This document shows, in pieces, positions 1 through 9,216 of a DNA stretch of 64,000 nucleotides; within the stretch, counting starts at the first letter, position 1, and the number at the start of each line of letters is the position of its first letter. A model generated the notes under the pieces. The model was not told the origin of the DNA. It worked only from the letters and a program-made list of their open reading frames with translations, and searched no databases. The stretch comes from Myxococcota bacterium. Lineage in GTDB: Bacteria; Myxococcota_A; UBA9160; JAFDET01. A program made the position numbers and the translations under genes. Location of the stretch: the NCBI GenBank assembly GCA_028278065.1, contig JANQFA010000251.1, positions 11,186-75,185 on the forward strand. The letters run 5' to 3'.

Positions 1-1
1 C

Positions 2-568
2 GGCGTCATCGTCATGGGACCGCTCGCCGAGCGCAGCGACCACGACTGGCAGTGGGTGATCGACGTCAACCTGCGCGGGGTGGTGAACGGGCTGCAGGCC
101 TTCCTGCCGCGCATGCGCAGCCTCGACGGCGAGCGCCACATCGTCAACACCGCCTCGATCAGCGGATTGATCGCGCTGCCCTGGGTGGGCGTCTACGCGG
201 CGACCAAGTACGGCGTGGTGGCCATCTCCGAGACGCTGCGCGCGGAGCTGGCCCGCGACGGGATCGGCGTCTCGGTTCTGTGTCCGGGCGGCGTGACCAC
301 CCGGATCCTGCAGGCCGAGCGCAACCGCCCGCAGGAGCTGGGCGGCGCGCGCGAGAGGGCGAAGGGGACGATCCGTTCGCTGGCCGCCTCGGCCGACACC
401 GACGCCGACGAGATGCTGGCGCCCGAGGACGTGGCGCGTGCCGTGGTCGCCGGCGTGCGCGAGAACGACGACTACATCTTCACCCACTCGCGCTACCGCG
501 AGCAGATCGAGGCGAAGCACCGCGCGCTCCTGGCCGCCCTCGATCGCGCCGAGGCCCGCGGCTTCTGA
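2..568 (+). CDS. short-chain dehydrogenase/reductase (SDR), 5' end cut by window edge
   Basis: Frame stays open to base 2 (GVIV precedes the first ATG at 14). Catalytic Y-x-x-x-K is seen as VYAATKYGV. Strong GC3 bias. Confidence 0.85.
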   Translation, partial: GVIVMGPLAERSDHDWQWVIDVNLRGVVNGLQAFLPRMRSLDGERHIVNTASISGLIALPWVGVYAATKYGVVAISETLRAELARDGIGVSVLCPGGVTTRILQAERNRPQELGGARERAKGTIRSLAASADTDADEMLAPEDVARAVVAGVRENDDYIFTHSRYREQIEAKHRALLAALDRAEARGF

Positions 569-574
569 GCCGGG

Positions 575-898
575 CTAGCGCTGCGCCTCCATCTGCAGGC
601 GCATGGCGATGGCGCGCTCGTCCTCGGCCTCCGGGATCATCCCCTTCTGCTGGTAGATGATCGATAAGCTGGTATGGGCGAGGGCCTCGTCCGGCTCGAG
701 CTCGACCAGGCGCTTCGCCGCCTCGAGGGCGCCGTCCAGGTCGCCGTCCCGCTGCAGGGCCATGGCCAGCCCGTTCCAGGCGAGGGCGTAGTCCGGGTCC
801 GCCTCCACCGCGCGGCGGTAGCAGGCCGCGGCCTCGGCGTAGCGGGCCTCCACGAAGTGGGCCATGCCCTCCTGGTAGATCGCGCGGACGTCGCTCAT
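575..898 (-). CDS. small TPR-repeat protein
   Basis: 107 aa with TPR-like 34-residue periodicity (YAEAAACYRRAVEADPDYALAWNGLAMAL..GDLDGALEAAKRLVELEPDEA). Good GC3 bias. Confidence 0.7.
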   Translation of the reverse strand: MSDVRAIYQEGMAHFVEARYAEAAACYRRAVEADPDYALAWNGLAMALQRDGDLDGALEAAKRLVELEPDEALAHTSLSIIYQQKGMIPEAEDERAIAMRLQMEAQR

Positions 899-1907
899 GC
901 AGGAAGTATACTGCCCCGCCGTGGAGATCCGGACTCTCGAGAGCCGCGAGCGCGAGGCAGTGCTGGAGCTGCTGGACGCCTGGGAGCTGCCCGACGGGTG
1001 GCGCGGGCGCGACTTCTTCCGCCGCTACATGGAGGACGACCCCTCCTTCCGGGATGAGAACTTCTGGGTGGCCGCGGAGGGGGCGCGGCTGGTCTCGTGT
1101 GTACAGATCTTCCCGCGCAGGCTGCGCCTGAACGGCGGCGAGGTGGGCCTGGGGGGCATCGGCAGCGTCTTCACGCATCCCGAGGGACGCGGCAGCGGCG
1201 CGGCGAGCGCGGTGCTTCGTGCAGCCGAGGACGACATGCGCGGGCGGGGCCTCGCGCTGGGTCTCCTCTTCACCGGCCGCATCCCCTTCTACGAGCGCCT
1301 CGGGTGGATCGCCTGGCCTTTCTCGAATGCCCTCTACATCGCGCAGGAGGCGGACGCGGGCGCCGCGGCGGAGGGCGTGGAGCTCGACGCCTTCGACCTC
1401 GCTCGCGACCTGGCCGACGTCTGCGATCTCCATGCCGGCTACTCGGCGGAGCGCAGCGGGTCGGTCGTGCGCGACGACGCCGCCTGGGAGGGAAACCTGA
1501 AGGTGGCCGGGAATCCCGACGAAGACTTCCGCGTGGCGCGGCGGGACGGCGAGGTGGTGGCGTATGCGCGCTTCATCGCTCTCGAAGGTCATCCCATCCT
1601 GGCCGAGTTCGGGCGCGGGCCGCGGGACGAGGACGCGCTGGCCGCGCTGCTGAGCCGCGCCCTCGCCGAGCGCGGGGGCGGCTACGGCCCCGCCCCCGCG
1701 GACGCTTCCCTCGAGGCCGGCCTCCTGGCGCACGGGGTCGAGGTGCGACCCATGGGCGATCCCAACACCATGCTGCGCTGTCTCGATGCGGAGGCGCTCC
1801 TCGCAGCCGCCGGGGCGGAGCGCGCCGAGGGCGAGAGCGAGGCCGATCTCCTGCGCCGGGTGCTTCCTCCGGAGCGCGCGCTCTTCTGGCCGGCGGACCG
1901 CTTCTGA
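897..1907 (+). CDS. GNAT family N-acetyltransferase (Eis-like length, about 330 aa)
   Basis: Acetyl-CoA pocket motif HPEGRGSGAASAVL followed by FYERLGW. The start may instead be GTG 921 (VEIRTLE...), because ATG 897 overlaps the divergent start at 898. Confidence 0.75.
   Translation: MQEVYCPAVEIRTLESREREAVLELLDAWELPDGWRGRDFFRRYMEDDPSFRDENFWVAAEGARLVSCVQIFPRRLRLNGGEVGLGGIGSVFTHPEGRGSGAASAVLRAAEDDMRGRGLALGLLFTGRIPFYERLGWIAWPFSNALYIAQEADAGAAAEGVELDAFDLARDLADVCDLHAGYSAERSGSVVRDDAAWEGNLKVAGNPDEDFRVARRDGEVVAYARFIALEGHPILAEFGRGPRDEDALAALLSRALAERGGGYGPAPADASLEAGLLAHGVEVRPMGDPNTMLRCLDAEALLAAAGAERAEGESEADLLRRVLPPERALFWPADRF
905..912. promoter_or_regulatory. 8-bp perfect palindrome AGTATACT giving a TATACT -10-like hexamer on both strands
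   Basis: Lies in the 22 bp between the ATG of the minus gene (898) and GTG 921 of the plus gene. The minus-strand hexamer ends 7 nt before A898. Confidence 0.35.
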
Positions 1908-3106
1908 TGGCGCGGATGCGCAGGGCGCTCATGAACAACCTCTTCCTCACGCTGGGGATGCTGCTGGGCGTGATGCAGGTGGTCGTCGGGCACTGGGTGA
2001 CGGTGGTGCTGGCCGGGCGCGAGGGTCCGGGGCTGCTGCTGGGACTCGTTCTGGCCGCCGCGCTGGTGGCCGCCAACGCCAGCGCCCTGCCCGCCCTGCG
2101 TCGCGCACGCCGTGCGGGCGGCTGGGGCGGCGTCGTCGCGCGCGCCTACATGACCGTCGGGATCGCCACCCTCCTGCTGGGCATGACGATCCTGGTCTCG
2201 TGGGCCGGCTACCTGCCCCTCGTCGGCCTGCTGGCCGCCCTCGGCGTCGAGCCGGAAGCCGTCTTCCAGGCCTTCCGCGTGCTCACCATCCCCGTCGTCG
2301 CGGCGCTCGTCTTCATGATCGTCTGGGGCCTCACGGGCGGCCAGAAGAAGATCGATCACACCCGCGTGAGCGTGAGCCTGCGCGATCTCCCCGACGAGCA
2401 TCGGGGCCTGCGCATCGTGCAGATCAGCGATCTCCACATCGGAAACGGGATGGAGGGAGCCGTCCTGGACGCGATGGTCGCGCGGGTGAACGCGCTCGAG
2501 CCGGACCTGATCGCCCTCACGGGCGACATCTTCGACTTCGATCCGCGCTTCGTCGAGGAAGGGGCCCGCGGGCTGTCCGCCCTGCGCGCCCGGCTCGGCG
2601 TCTTCGCCGTCCTCGGGAACCACGATACCTACACCGGCACCGAGCAGGTCGTCGAAGGCCTCGCCCGCCACGCTCCGGGGCTGCGCCTGCTGCGGGACGA
2701 GATCGTCCGGGTGGAGGGGGTCGAGGAGCCCTTCTATGTCGCCGGGATCGAGGACCCGGGCCGGGACTGGACGGCGAAGGGCGTGCAGCTCGAGTCGCTC
2801 GAGCAGGTGGGAAGTCGGCGCCCCGTGGAGGGCACCACGCTCCTCCTGGTGCACCGTCCCGAGCTCTTCCACCAGGCCTCGCGCCTCGGCTTCGAGCTGG
2901 TCCTGGCGGGACACACCCACGGCGGTCAGCTCGCCCTGCCCACACCCGGGGGCCGCTTCAACCTGGCCCGGCTCTTCTTCGACTTCCACCGCGGCGTCTA
3001 CCGCATGAACGGCTCCACCCTCTACGTGAACCGCGGCCTGGGCATGGCGGGTCCCGCGATCCGCTTCAACTGCCCGCGCGAGATCGCGACGATCGAGCTG
3101 GTGTGA
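1907..3106 (+). CDS. membrane-anchored metallophosphoesterase (calcineurin-like)
   Basis: ATG 1907 overlaps the upstream TGA (ATGA). N-terminal hydrophobic segments are followed by motifs DLHIGN, GDIFD, GNHD and GHTHGGQ. Confidence 0.85.
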   Translation: MARMRRALMNNLFLTLGMLLGVMQVVVGHWVTVVLAGREGPGLLLGLVLAAALVAANASALPALRRARRAGGWGGVVARAYMTVGIATLLLGMTILVSWAGYLPLVGLLAALGVEPEAVFQAFRVLTIPVVAALVFMIVWGLTGGQKKIDHTRVSVSLRDLPDEHRGLRIVQISDLHIGNGMEGAVLDAMVARVNALEPDLIALTGDIFDFDPRFVEEGARGLSALRARLGVFAVLGNHDTYTGTEQVVEGLARHAPGLRLLRDEIVRVEGVEEPFYVAGIEDPGRDWTAKGVQLESLEQVGSRRPVEGTTLLLVHRPELFHQASRLGFELVLAGHTHGGQLALPTPGGRFNLARLFFDFHRGVYRMNGSTLYVNRGLGMAGPAIRFNCPREIATIELV

Positions 3107-3126
3107 CTCCCCGCGCGACCCGGCGC

Positions 3127-4221
3127 ATGCTCCCGCAGCTCTCCGCGCTCGCGCTGGCGGCCTGGCTCCTGGGCGGATGCGATGCCTGGCAGGCCAGGAA
3201 GTTCAAGCTGCGCTGTCCGTCCGAGCCGTTCGCGCGCGCTGCCACGCTTCCCTCCTGGCCCGGTGAGCAGTGGCTGCAGGCCGAATCGCCCGAGGCGCTG
3301 GGCTGGTCGAGCGAGACGCTGGAGGCGGCGTACGAGCACGCGGGACGGCTCGGAATGGCGGCCATCCTGGTCGTCGACGACGGGCGGCTGGTCTCCTCCT
3401 GGGGATGCACGCAGAGTCGCTGGTACGTCGCTTCCGTGCGCAAGTCCCTGATGAACGCCGTGCTCGGCCGGCTCGTGGACGCGGGAGAGCTCTCGCTGGA
3501 CGCGACCCTCGAGGATCTGGGCATCGACGAGCATCCCCCGCCCCTGACCCGAGCGCAGCGCCGGACCACCCTCGAAATGCTGCTGCGCTCGAGCTCCGGG
3601 ATCTGCCGTCCTGCGGCGGCCTCGGGTCAGGCGGACTGCGAGCCGGGCCGACGCGTGCCTCCGGGGAGGCGCTTCTTCTACAACAACTGGGACTACAACG
3701 TGCTCGCATCGATCGTCGCCGGGACCGGGCGCGACTTCTTCCGGATCTTCGAGGACGAGGTGGCCCGTCCCATCGGCATGGACTTCTCGGCGGAGCGCGA
3801 CGGGCGTTGGGAGCGCATCGAGGCCTCCAGGCACCCGGCCTACGTGACGCACCTCTCGGCTGCCGACATGGCGCGCTTCGGACTGCTCTACCTGCGCGGC
3901 GGTCGCTGGGAGGATCGCCGGGTGATCCCGGAAGACTGGGTCCGCGAGAGCACCCGCCTGCACATGGACGCCCGCCCCGAGCTGGGCCTCGGCTATGGCC
4001 ACCTCTGGTGGGTGCAGGCCGACGAGTCGCCGCCCGCGGCCCTGCTGCCGGCGCGGAGCTACTCGGCCCAGGGGACCTGGGAGCAGCTCATCCTGGTGGT
4101 GCCGGACGAGAAGGTGGTCCTCGTCTTGCGCGGCAACATCCCGCTCCAGTGGGCCTTCGGCAGCCCGGATCTCGACCAGATGCGTCGGCTCCTCGGACGT
4201 CTCCTGGGGGCTCGGGGTTGA
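3127..4221 (+). CDS. beta-lactamase-related serine hydrolase, probable lipoprotein
   Basis: Signal peptide plus lipobox-like LLGGC. S-x-x-K motif SVRKS and Y-x-N seen as FYNNWDY. An alternative GTG start lies at 3103. Confidence 0.8.
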   Translation: MLPQLSALALAAWLLGGCDAWQARKFKLRCPSEPFARAATLPSWPGEQWLQAESPEALGWSSETLEAAYEHAGRLGMAAILVVDDGRLVSSWGCTQSRWYVASVRKSLMNAVLGRLVDAGELSLDATLEDLGIDEHPPPLTRAQRRTTLEMLLRSSSGICRPAAASGQADCEPGRRVPPGRRFFYNNWDYNVLASIVAGTGRDFFRIFEDEVARPIGMDFSAERDGRWERIEASRHPAYVTHLSAADMARFGLLYLRGGRWEDRRVIPEDWVRESTRLHMDARPELGLGYGHLWWVQADESPPAALLPARSYSAQGTWEQLILVVPDEKVVLVLRGNIPLQWAFGSPDLDQMRRLLGRLLGARG

Positions 4222-4288
4222 CGCTTGCCGCCGCCCCGGACTAATCTCGAACGGTAATTTGCATTCAGAAATTTCATCATTCTATCCT
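4218..4288 (+). promoter_or_regulatory. AT-rich promoter/operator region upstream of the TetR gene
   Basis: TTGACG (4218-4223), 18 nt, TAATCT (4242-4247). A second candidate is TTGCAT (4259-4264), 18 nt, TATCCT (4283-4288). Partial inverted repeat AATTT-N8-AAATT at 4256-4273. Local GC content drops sharply. Confidence 0.3.
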
Positions 4289-4305
4289 GATGGTTAGGAG
4301 ATTCC

Positions 4306-4980
4306 TTGGTCAGGAGTCGCTGGATCTCGGATCTCCACTGGGTGCGGCCCGGGCAGCAGGACCGGAGCCGCAAGACCCAGGAGTCCCTCCTGGACGCGGC
4401 CGAGATCCTCTTCACCGAGAAGGGGGTCGAGGCCACCACGGTGGCCGACGTGGCGGAGCGCGCAGGCTGCTCCGTCGGCTCCGTCTACCACCATTTCCGC
4501 GACAAGAAGGCCCTGCTCTACGCTCTCTTCGATCGCATGAGCGAGGAGTTCCGTGCGACCACGCGGGCGGCTCTGGACCCCGCGCGCTGGCACGGAGCGT
4601 CGATCGCCGACCTGCTGCGCGGCTACCTCGAGTTCTCGATCGAGCTGGGTCGGGAGCGTCCCGGCTTCAAGTACGGCGGCGTCGAGGCGGCGCGCAACGA
4701 TCCGGTGCTGCGCGAGCGCCTCGCCGAGCTGAACGCCGAGCTCAGCGAGGGGCTCAGCGTCCTGCTCCTCGAGCGCGGCCGCGAGATCCGCCACCCCGAC
4801 CCGCCGCTGGCCGTGGCGTTCGTGCTCGACCAGCTCGCCTCGATGGTCAAGACGCGCCTGGACGAGAGGCTGATGGCGACCCGGCTGGCCGCTCGCTCCG
4901 ACGACGAGTTCGTCGGCGAGGCGCTGCGCTCTGCCGCCGCCTACCTCGAGCTGCAGTGGGACGGCGAGCAGGCGCGGTGA
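4306..4980 (+). CDS. TetR family transcriptional regulator
   Basis: N-terminal HTH TTVADVAERAGCSVGSVYHHFRDKKAL. TTG start is preceded by AGGAG (4296-4300). Confidence 0.9.
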   Translation: MVRSRWISDLHWVRPGQQDRSRKTQESLLDAAEILFTEKGVEATTVADVAERAGCSVGSVYHHFRDKKALLYALFDRMSEEFRATTRAALDPARWHGASIADLLRGYLEFSIELGRERPGFKYGGVEAARNDPVLRERLAELNAELSEGLSVLLLERGREIRHPDPPLAVAFVLDQLASMVKTRLDERLMATRLAARSDDEFVGEALRSAAAYLELQWDGEQAR

Positions 4981-5696
4981 GCGCGACGGGCGGACTGCGC
5001 GTCGCGGTCTTCGGCGCCACGGGATTGGCGGGTACGGGAGTGGTGCGTGCATGCCTCGAGGACCCGCGGATCGCGGAGGTCCGGAGCGTGACCCGGCGGC
5101 CGCTGCGCTTCTCGGAGCCGGGTCTGAAGGAAGTGCGTTGTCACGACTTTCTCGACCTGGATCCGGTCGCTCCCGACCTCGAGGGTCTCGACGCCTTGTG
5201 CTTCTGCCTGGGCATCTCGGCCTCCCAGGCGGCGAGCCAGGAGGACTACCGCCGCATCACCCATGACTTTGCCCTGGCGGCGGGACGCGCCACGCGGGCG
5301 GCCAGCCCGCAGGCGGCATTCCACTTCATCAGCGGCTCGGGAGCCGGAGAGCGCAGCTGGATGAGCTGGGCGCGCGTCAAGGCCGAGACTGAGCGAGACC
5401 TGGCGCGCCTGGGGCTGGCGCGTTGCCTCTCCTGGCGCCCGGCCATGATCCTGCCCGAGGAGGCGCCCGACCGGCTCACCTGGGTACAGATGCTCGGAGG
5501 CGCCCTGGCACGGCCGTTGGCGTTCCTTCCCGACTTCTCGGTCGGAAACGTCGCGATCGGAGAGGCCATGATCCAGGCGACCTTCGAAGGCCGGAAGGAC
5601 GGGGTGGTCGAGAACCGGGAGATCCGCGAGCTGGCCGCGCGCCATCGCGCGGCTCCCGGAGCACACCAGCCGGACCAGCGGCGCGGAGGAGGATGA
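4977..5696 (+). CDS. NAD(P)H-binding (atypical SDR/epimerase-like) protein
   Basis: GTG 4977 overlaps the TetR stop (GTGA). Rossmann motif VAVFGATGLAGTGV. Confidence 0.75.
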   Translation: MSATGGLRVAVFGATGLAGTGVVRACLEDPRIAEVRSVTRRPLRFSEPGLKEVRCHDFLDLDPVAPDLEGLDALCFCLGISASQAASQEDYRRITHDFALAAGRATRAASPQAAFHFISGSGAGERSWMSWARVKAETERDLARLGLARCLSWRPAMILPEEAPDRLTWVQMLGGALARPLAFLPDFSVGNVAIGEAMIQATFEGRKDGVVENREIRELAARHRAAPGAHQPDQRRGGG

Positions 5697-6715
5697 GCGT
5701 GGAGTACAGGGCACTCGGACGGACGGGCGTTCAAGTCAGCCAGTTCTGTCTCGGCACGATGATGTTCGGCGGGAAGGCCGACAAGGCGGAGTCGCTCCGC
5801 ATCATCGACCACGCACTCGAGCGCGGGGTCAACTTCATCGACACCGCCGACGTCTACACGGGGAACGAGAGCGAGCGCATCGTGGGCGAGGGGCTCTCGA
5901 GCGGGGCGCGGCGCCAGGAGACCATCCTGGCCACCAAGTTCAACTTTCCCCAGGGCGACGACGTCAACGCGCGCGGCCTGTCCCGCCGGCACCTGATCGC
6001 GGCCTGCGAGGCCTCCCTGCAGCGGCTGCGCACGGACTGGATCGACCTCTACCAGCTCCACCGCTGCAACGCCGACGTTCCCATCGACGAGACCCTCCGC
6101 GCCCTCGACGATCTGATCCGTTCCGGCAAGGTCCGCTACATCGGCTGCAGCATGTTCCCGGGCTGGCAGATGGTGGAGTCGCTCTGGGTGGCGAAGGAGC
6201 TGGGCCTGAACCGCTTCGTCTCCGAGCAGCCTGCCTACCACATGCTGGACCGCACCGTGGAGAGGGAGGTGATCCCCGCGGCGCAGTCCTTCGGCCTGGC
6301 AGTGATTCCGTGGGGGCCCCTGTGCGGCGGCCTCCTCACCGGGAAGTACCAGCGCGACAAGGGGGACGCCGACGGTCGCTGGCAGGAAGGGAAGGACAAC
6401 TTCAACCGGCAGGCCACGCCCCTGGCGTGGGACGTGATCGACCTGCTGCGCGACATGGCCGGCGAGAAGGGCTGCTCGATGTCGCAGCTCGCCCTGGCGT
6501 GGGTGGCGTCGCAGCCCGGCGTGACGGCGCCGATCATCGGCCCGCGCACCCTCGAACAGGTGACCGACAACCTGGGCGCCGTGGACGTCTCGCTCGATAC
6601 CGCCGACTGCGAGCGGATCGACGCCCTGGTGCCCCCGTGCAGCGCGGCGGTGCGATACTACGACGAGGCCATGGGGGCGGACTTCAGGCCCCATGCGAGC
6701 CGGAGCGTCGTCTGA
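5693..6715 (+). CDS. aldo/keto reductase
   Basis: ATG 5693 overlaps the upstream stop (ATGA). AKR hallmarks LGTMMFGG, FIDTADVYTGNESE, YQLHR and IGCSMF. Confidence 0.9.
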   Translation: MSVEYRALGRTGVQVSQFCLGTMMFGGKADKAESLRIIDHALERGVNFIDTADVYTGNESERIVGEGLSSGARRQETILATKFNFPQGDDVNARGLSRRHLIAACEASLQRLRTDWIDLYQLHRCNADVPIDETLRALDDLIRSGKVRYIGCSMFPGWQMVESLWVAKELGLNRFVSEQPAYHMLDRTVEREVIPAAQSFGLAVIPWGPLCGGLLTGKYQRDKGDADGRWQEGKDNFNRQATPLAWDVIDLLRDMAGEKGCSMSQLALAWVASQPGVTAPIIGPRTLEQVTDNLGAVDVSLDTADCERIDALVPPCSAAVRYYDEAMGADFRPHASRSVV

Positions 6716-6737
6716 GCTGGCGCGCGAGGAGGGGATC

Positions 6738-7145
6738 GTGATCAAGTGGCTCCTGATCGTTCTGGCCGTCGGCGTGCTGGTGCTCGGAGCGGGCGCCTGC
6801 GTCTACAACTGGTGGATGAATCCCCGGGTGGCGCGCGAGCTGCGCGAGGATCCGCAGGGGGAGCGCGCCGAGAAGGTCATGCTGCTCACCCTGCCTTCGG
6901 GCCGCGAGCTCCCCGTGAACTACCTGCGCGAGGGCAACACCGTGTACGCGGGAGCCGACGGCCGTTGGTGGCGCGAGCTCCGGGACGGTGGCGGCCGGGG
7001 GAGCGTGTTCATCCAGGGGGAGACGCTGCCGGGCACGATGCGTGCGGTCACGGACGATCCGGAGCTTCGCGAGTCGGTCTTCGAACGCCTGCGCCCGAGC
7101 GCCCCCGGCTTCACCGGGACACTGGTCGTGATCGACCTCGACTGA
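6738..7145 (+). CDS. membrane-anchored hypothetical protein, DUF385/deazaflavin-nitroreductase-like core
   Basis: GTG 6738 follows GAGGAGGGG. One N-terminal TM segment, then LLTLPSGRELPVNYL..GADGRWWRELRDG..VFIQGE, which resembles the split-barrel DUF385 pattern. Function is uncertain. Confidence 0.5.
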   Translation: MIKWLLIVLAVGVLVLGAGACVYNWWMNPRVARELREDPQGERAEKVMLLTLPSGRELPVNYLREGNTVYAGADGRWWRELRDGGGRGSVFIQGETLPGTMRAVTDDPELRESVFERLRPSAPGFTGTLVVIDLD

Positions 7146-7252
7146 AGGAGAGGCCACGTCCCGGGCACGGCTCGACGAGCTCGCCGAGGCCAACCGGGCC
7201 ACGCGCTTCGAACCCGATACCTGAGCGCGCCACCCACAGCGGAGGAAACCCG

Positions 7253-8161
7253 ATGAGCGACTACAGCGAAGCGTCCGTGCCCGATCAGCACGGCAGGACC
7301 GTCTTCGTGACGGGGGCGAATACCGGCATCGGCTACGAGGCCGCGCGGGTCCTCGCCGGCCGGGGCGCGCGCGTGCTGCTGGGCTGCCGCTCCGAGATGA
7401 AGGCGGAGGCGGCGATGGCGAAGATCCGGGCGCTGCATCCGGACGCGGACGTGGCCTGGGTCCCCCTCGACCTGACCAGCCTGAAGTCGGTCGAGGCCGC
7501 AGGGGGAATCGTCTCCAGGGAGCCCCGCCTGGACGTGCTCGTGAACAACGCCGGCGTGATGATCCCGCCCAGGACGCTGACCGAGGACGGCTTCGAGCTG
7601 CAGTTCGGCGTCAACCACCTCGGGCACTTCGCGCTGACGGGGCACCTGCTGGAGCGGCTGGCAGCCACGCCGGCCTCTCGTGTCGTCAACGTCAGCAGCA
7701 AGGCCCACCTGCGCGGGAAGATCGACTTCGACGATCCCCACGCCGAGCGTTCGTACAGTCCGATGCGCCGCTACGAGACGAGCAAGGCGGCCAACCTGTA
7801 CTTCACCTTCGAGCTCGCACGGCGCTGTGAGGCCCGGGGGCTGGACGTCACGGCCGTGGGCTGCCATCCGGGCGTGGCCGATACCGAGCTGTCGCGCACC
7901 TTTCCCGCCTGGTTCTGGATCTTCGCGCCCCTCATGAGGCCGTTCTTCAACACGCCCGCGGAAGGGGCGCTGCCGACCCTGATGGCCGCCACGAAGCCCG
8001 ACGTCGCGCCCACGGACTACTTCGGCCCGGTCAAGCTCGCCGAGATGGCGCGCTCGGCCGGCCCGGCCCAGATCGGGAGGCACGTGCGGGACGAGGCGGT
8101 CGGCGCGAGGCTGTGGGACCTGAGCACCGAGCTGACCGGGGTCTCCTACCTGGCCGACTGA
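7253..8161 (+). CDS. SDR oxidoreductase (retinol-dehydrogenase-like)
   Basis: GGAGGAAA RBS. Motifs TGANTGIGYEAA, NNAGVM and YETSKAAN (YxxxK). Confidence 0.9.
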   Translation: MSDYSEASVPDQHGRTVFVTGANTGIGYEAARVLAGRGARVLLGCRSEMKAEAAMAKIRALHPDADVAWVPLDLTSLKSVEAAGGIVSREPRLDVLVNNAGVMIPPRTLTEDGFELQFGVNHLGHFALTGHLLERLAATPASRVVNVSSKAHLRGKIDFDDPHAERSYSPMRRYETSKAANLYFTFELARRCEARGLDVTAVGCHPGVADTELSRTFPAWFWIFAPLMRPFFNTPAEGALPTLMAATKPDVAPTDYFGPVKLAEMARSAGPAQIGRHVRDEAVGARLWDLSTELTGVSYLAD

Positions 8162-8187
8162 GCCGGCTCGCCCGCAGCGCGCGCGAC

Positions 8188-9150
8188 TCAGAGCGGGAAG
8201 CTCTGGCCCACCAGCTCCTCGGAGAGGCTCCAGAGCCGCTTCGCGGCGTTCGCATCGACCGCGTAGGAACGCACGCCTCCGGGAGCGCCCTCGGCGTCGT
8301 CGATCTCGGCGATGTGGCAGTCCTCCAGGTACAGGCCGCCGCGGCCCTCGAGCTCGGGCGCGGTCGCGGCGTAGACGGAGGTCGCGGCGCCGGCCTCGAC
8401 CGTCTTGAGGCGCAGCTTCCCGCCGGGCTGGCGCTTGCGCATGCGCTCGTAGTCCTCGGGCACCAGGTGTCGCGCCAGGTCGGTGGCGATCACGCCGGGG
8501 TGGACGGCATGGGCGTGGACGTCGCGCTCGCCGAGCCGGCGTTCCAGCTCGACCGCGAAGAGCACGTTGGCGGTCTTCGCCTGACCGTACGACTCCCACT
8601 TGTCGTAGGGGCGCCTCTCGAAGCAGGGGTCGTCCAGGTCCACGCTCCCCTGCTGGTGTCCGCGCGAGCTCAACGAGACGATGCGTGCGGGTGCTCCCTT
8701 CAGGAGGGCGGGCGCCAGGAGACCGGTCATCAGGAAGTGTCCCAGGTGATTGGTGCCGAACTGCAGCTCGAAGCCGTCCTGGGTCCTGGCCAGGGGGCAG
8801 GCCATCACGCCGGCGTTGTTGACCAGGATCTGGAGCGCGTCGTGGCGTGCCAGGAAGCGCTCGGCGAAGGCGCGGATGCTGGCCAGGGAGTCCAGCTCCA
8901 GGTTCTCCACCTCGACGGCGTCGTTGCCTGTGGACTCGCGGATCCTCTTCGCGACCTCCTCCGCCCTGGCCATGTCGCGGGCGGTGAGCACGACCGCCGC
9001 GCCCTTCGAGGCGAGCGCCCGAGCCGTCTCGGCCCCCAGGCCGCCCGAGGCGCCGGTGACCAGTGCCAGCTTGCCCGAGAGATCGATCCCCTCGAGCACC
9101 TGGTCGGTCGTGGTGTCGTGGCCGAACCCGTCGCGCCCGGGCTGACTCAT
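8188..9150 (-). CDS. SDR oxidoreductase, paralogue of 7253..8161
   Basis: Motifs TGASGGLGAETA, NNAGVM and YGQAKTAN. Shares the DGFELQFG.NHLGHF block with the convergent neighbour. Confidence 0.9.
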   Translation of the reverse strand: MSQPGRDGFGHDTTTDQVLEGIDLSGKLALVTGASGGLGAETARALASKGAAVVLTARDMARAEEVAKRIRESTGNDAVEVENLELDSLASIRAFAERFLARHDALQILVNNAGVMACPLARTQDGFELQFGTNHLGHFLMTGLLAPALLKGAPARIVSLSSRGHQQGSVDLDDPCFERRPYDKWESYGQAKTANVLFAVELERRLGERDVHAHAVHPGVIATDLARHLVPEDYERMRKRQPGGKLRLKTVEAGAATSVYAATAPELEGRGGLYLEDCHIAEIDDAEGAPGGVRSYAVDANAAKRLWSLSEELVGQSFPL

Positions 9151-9197
9151 CGCGTCTCTCCTCGTTCCTCGGGACCTGGACCCGGCGTGCAGGATGC

Positions 9198-9216
9198 TCT
9201 AGATTGATGATCTAGA
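9198..9216. promoter_or_regulatory. perfect inverted repeat TCTAGAT-N5-ATCTAGA (TetR-type operator candidate)
   Basis: 7-bp arms with a 5-bp spacer, ending 1 nt before TetR ATG 9218. Contains the -10-like TAGATT (9200-9205). Confidence 0.55.
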
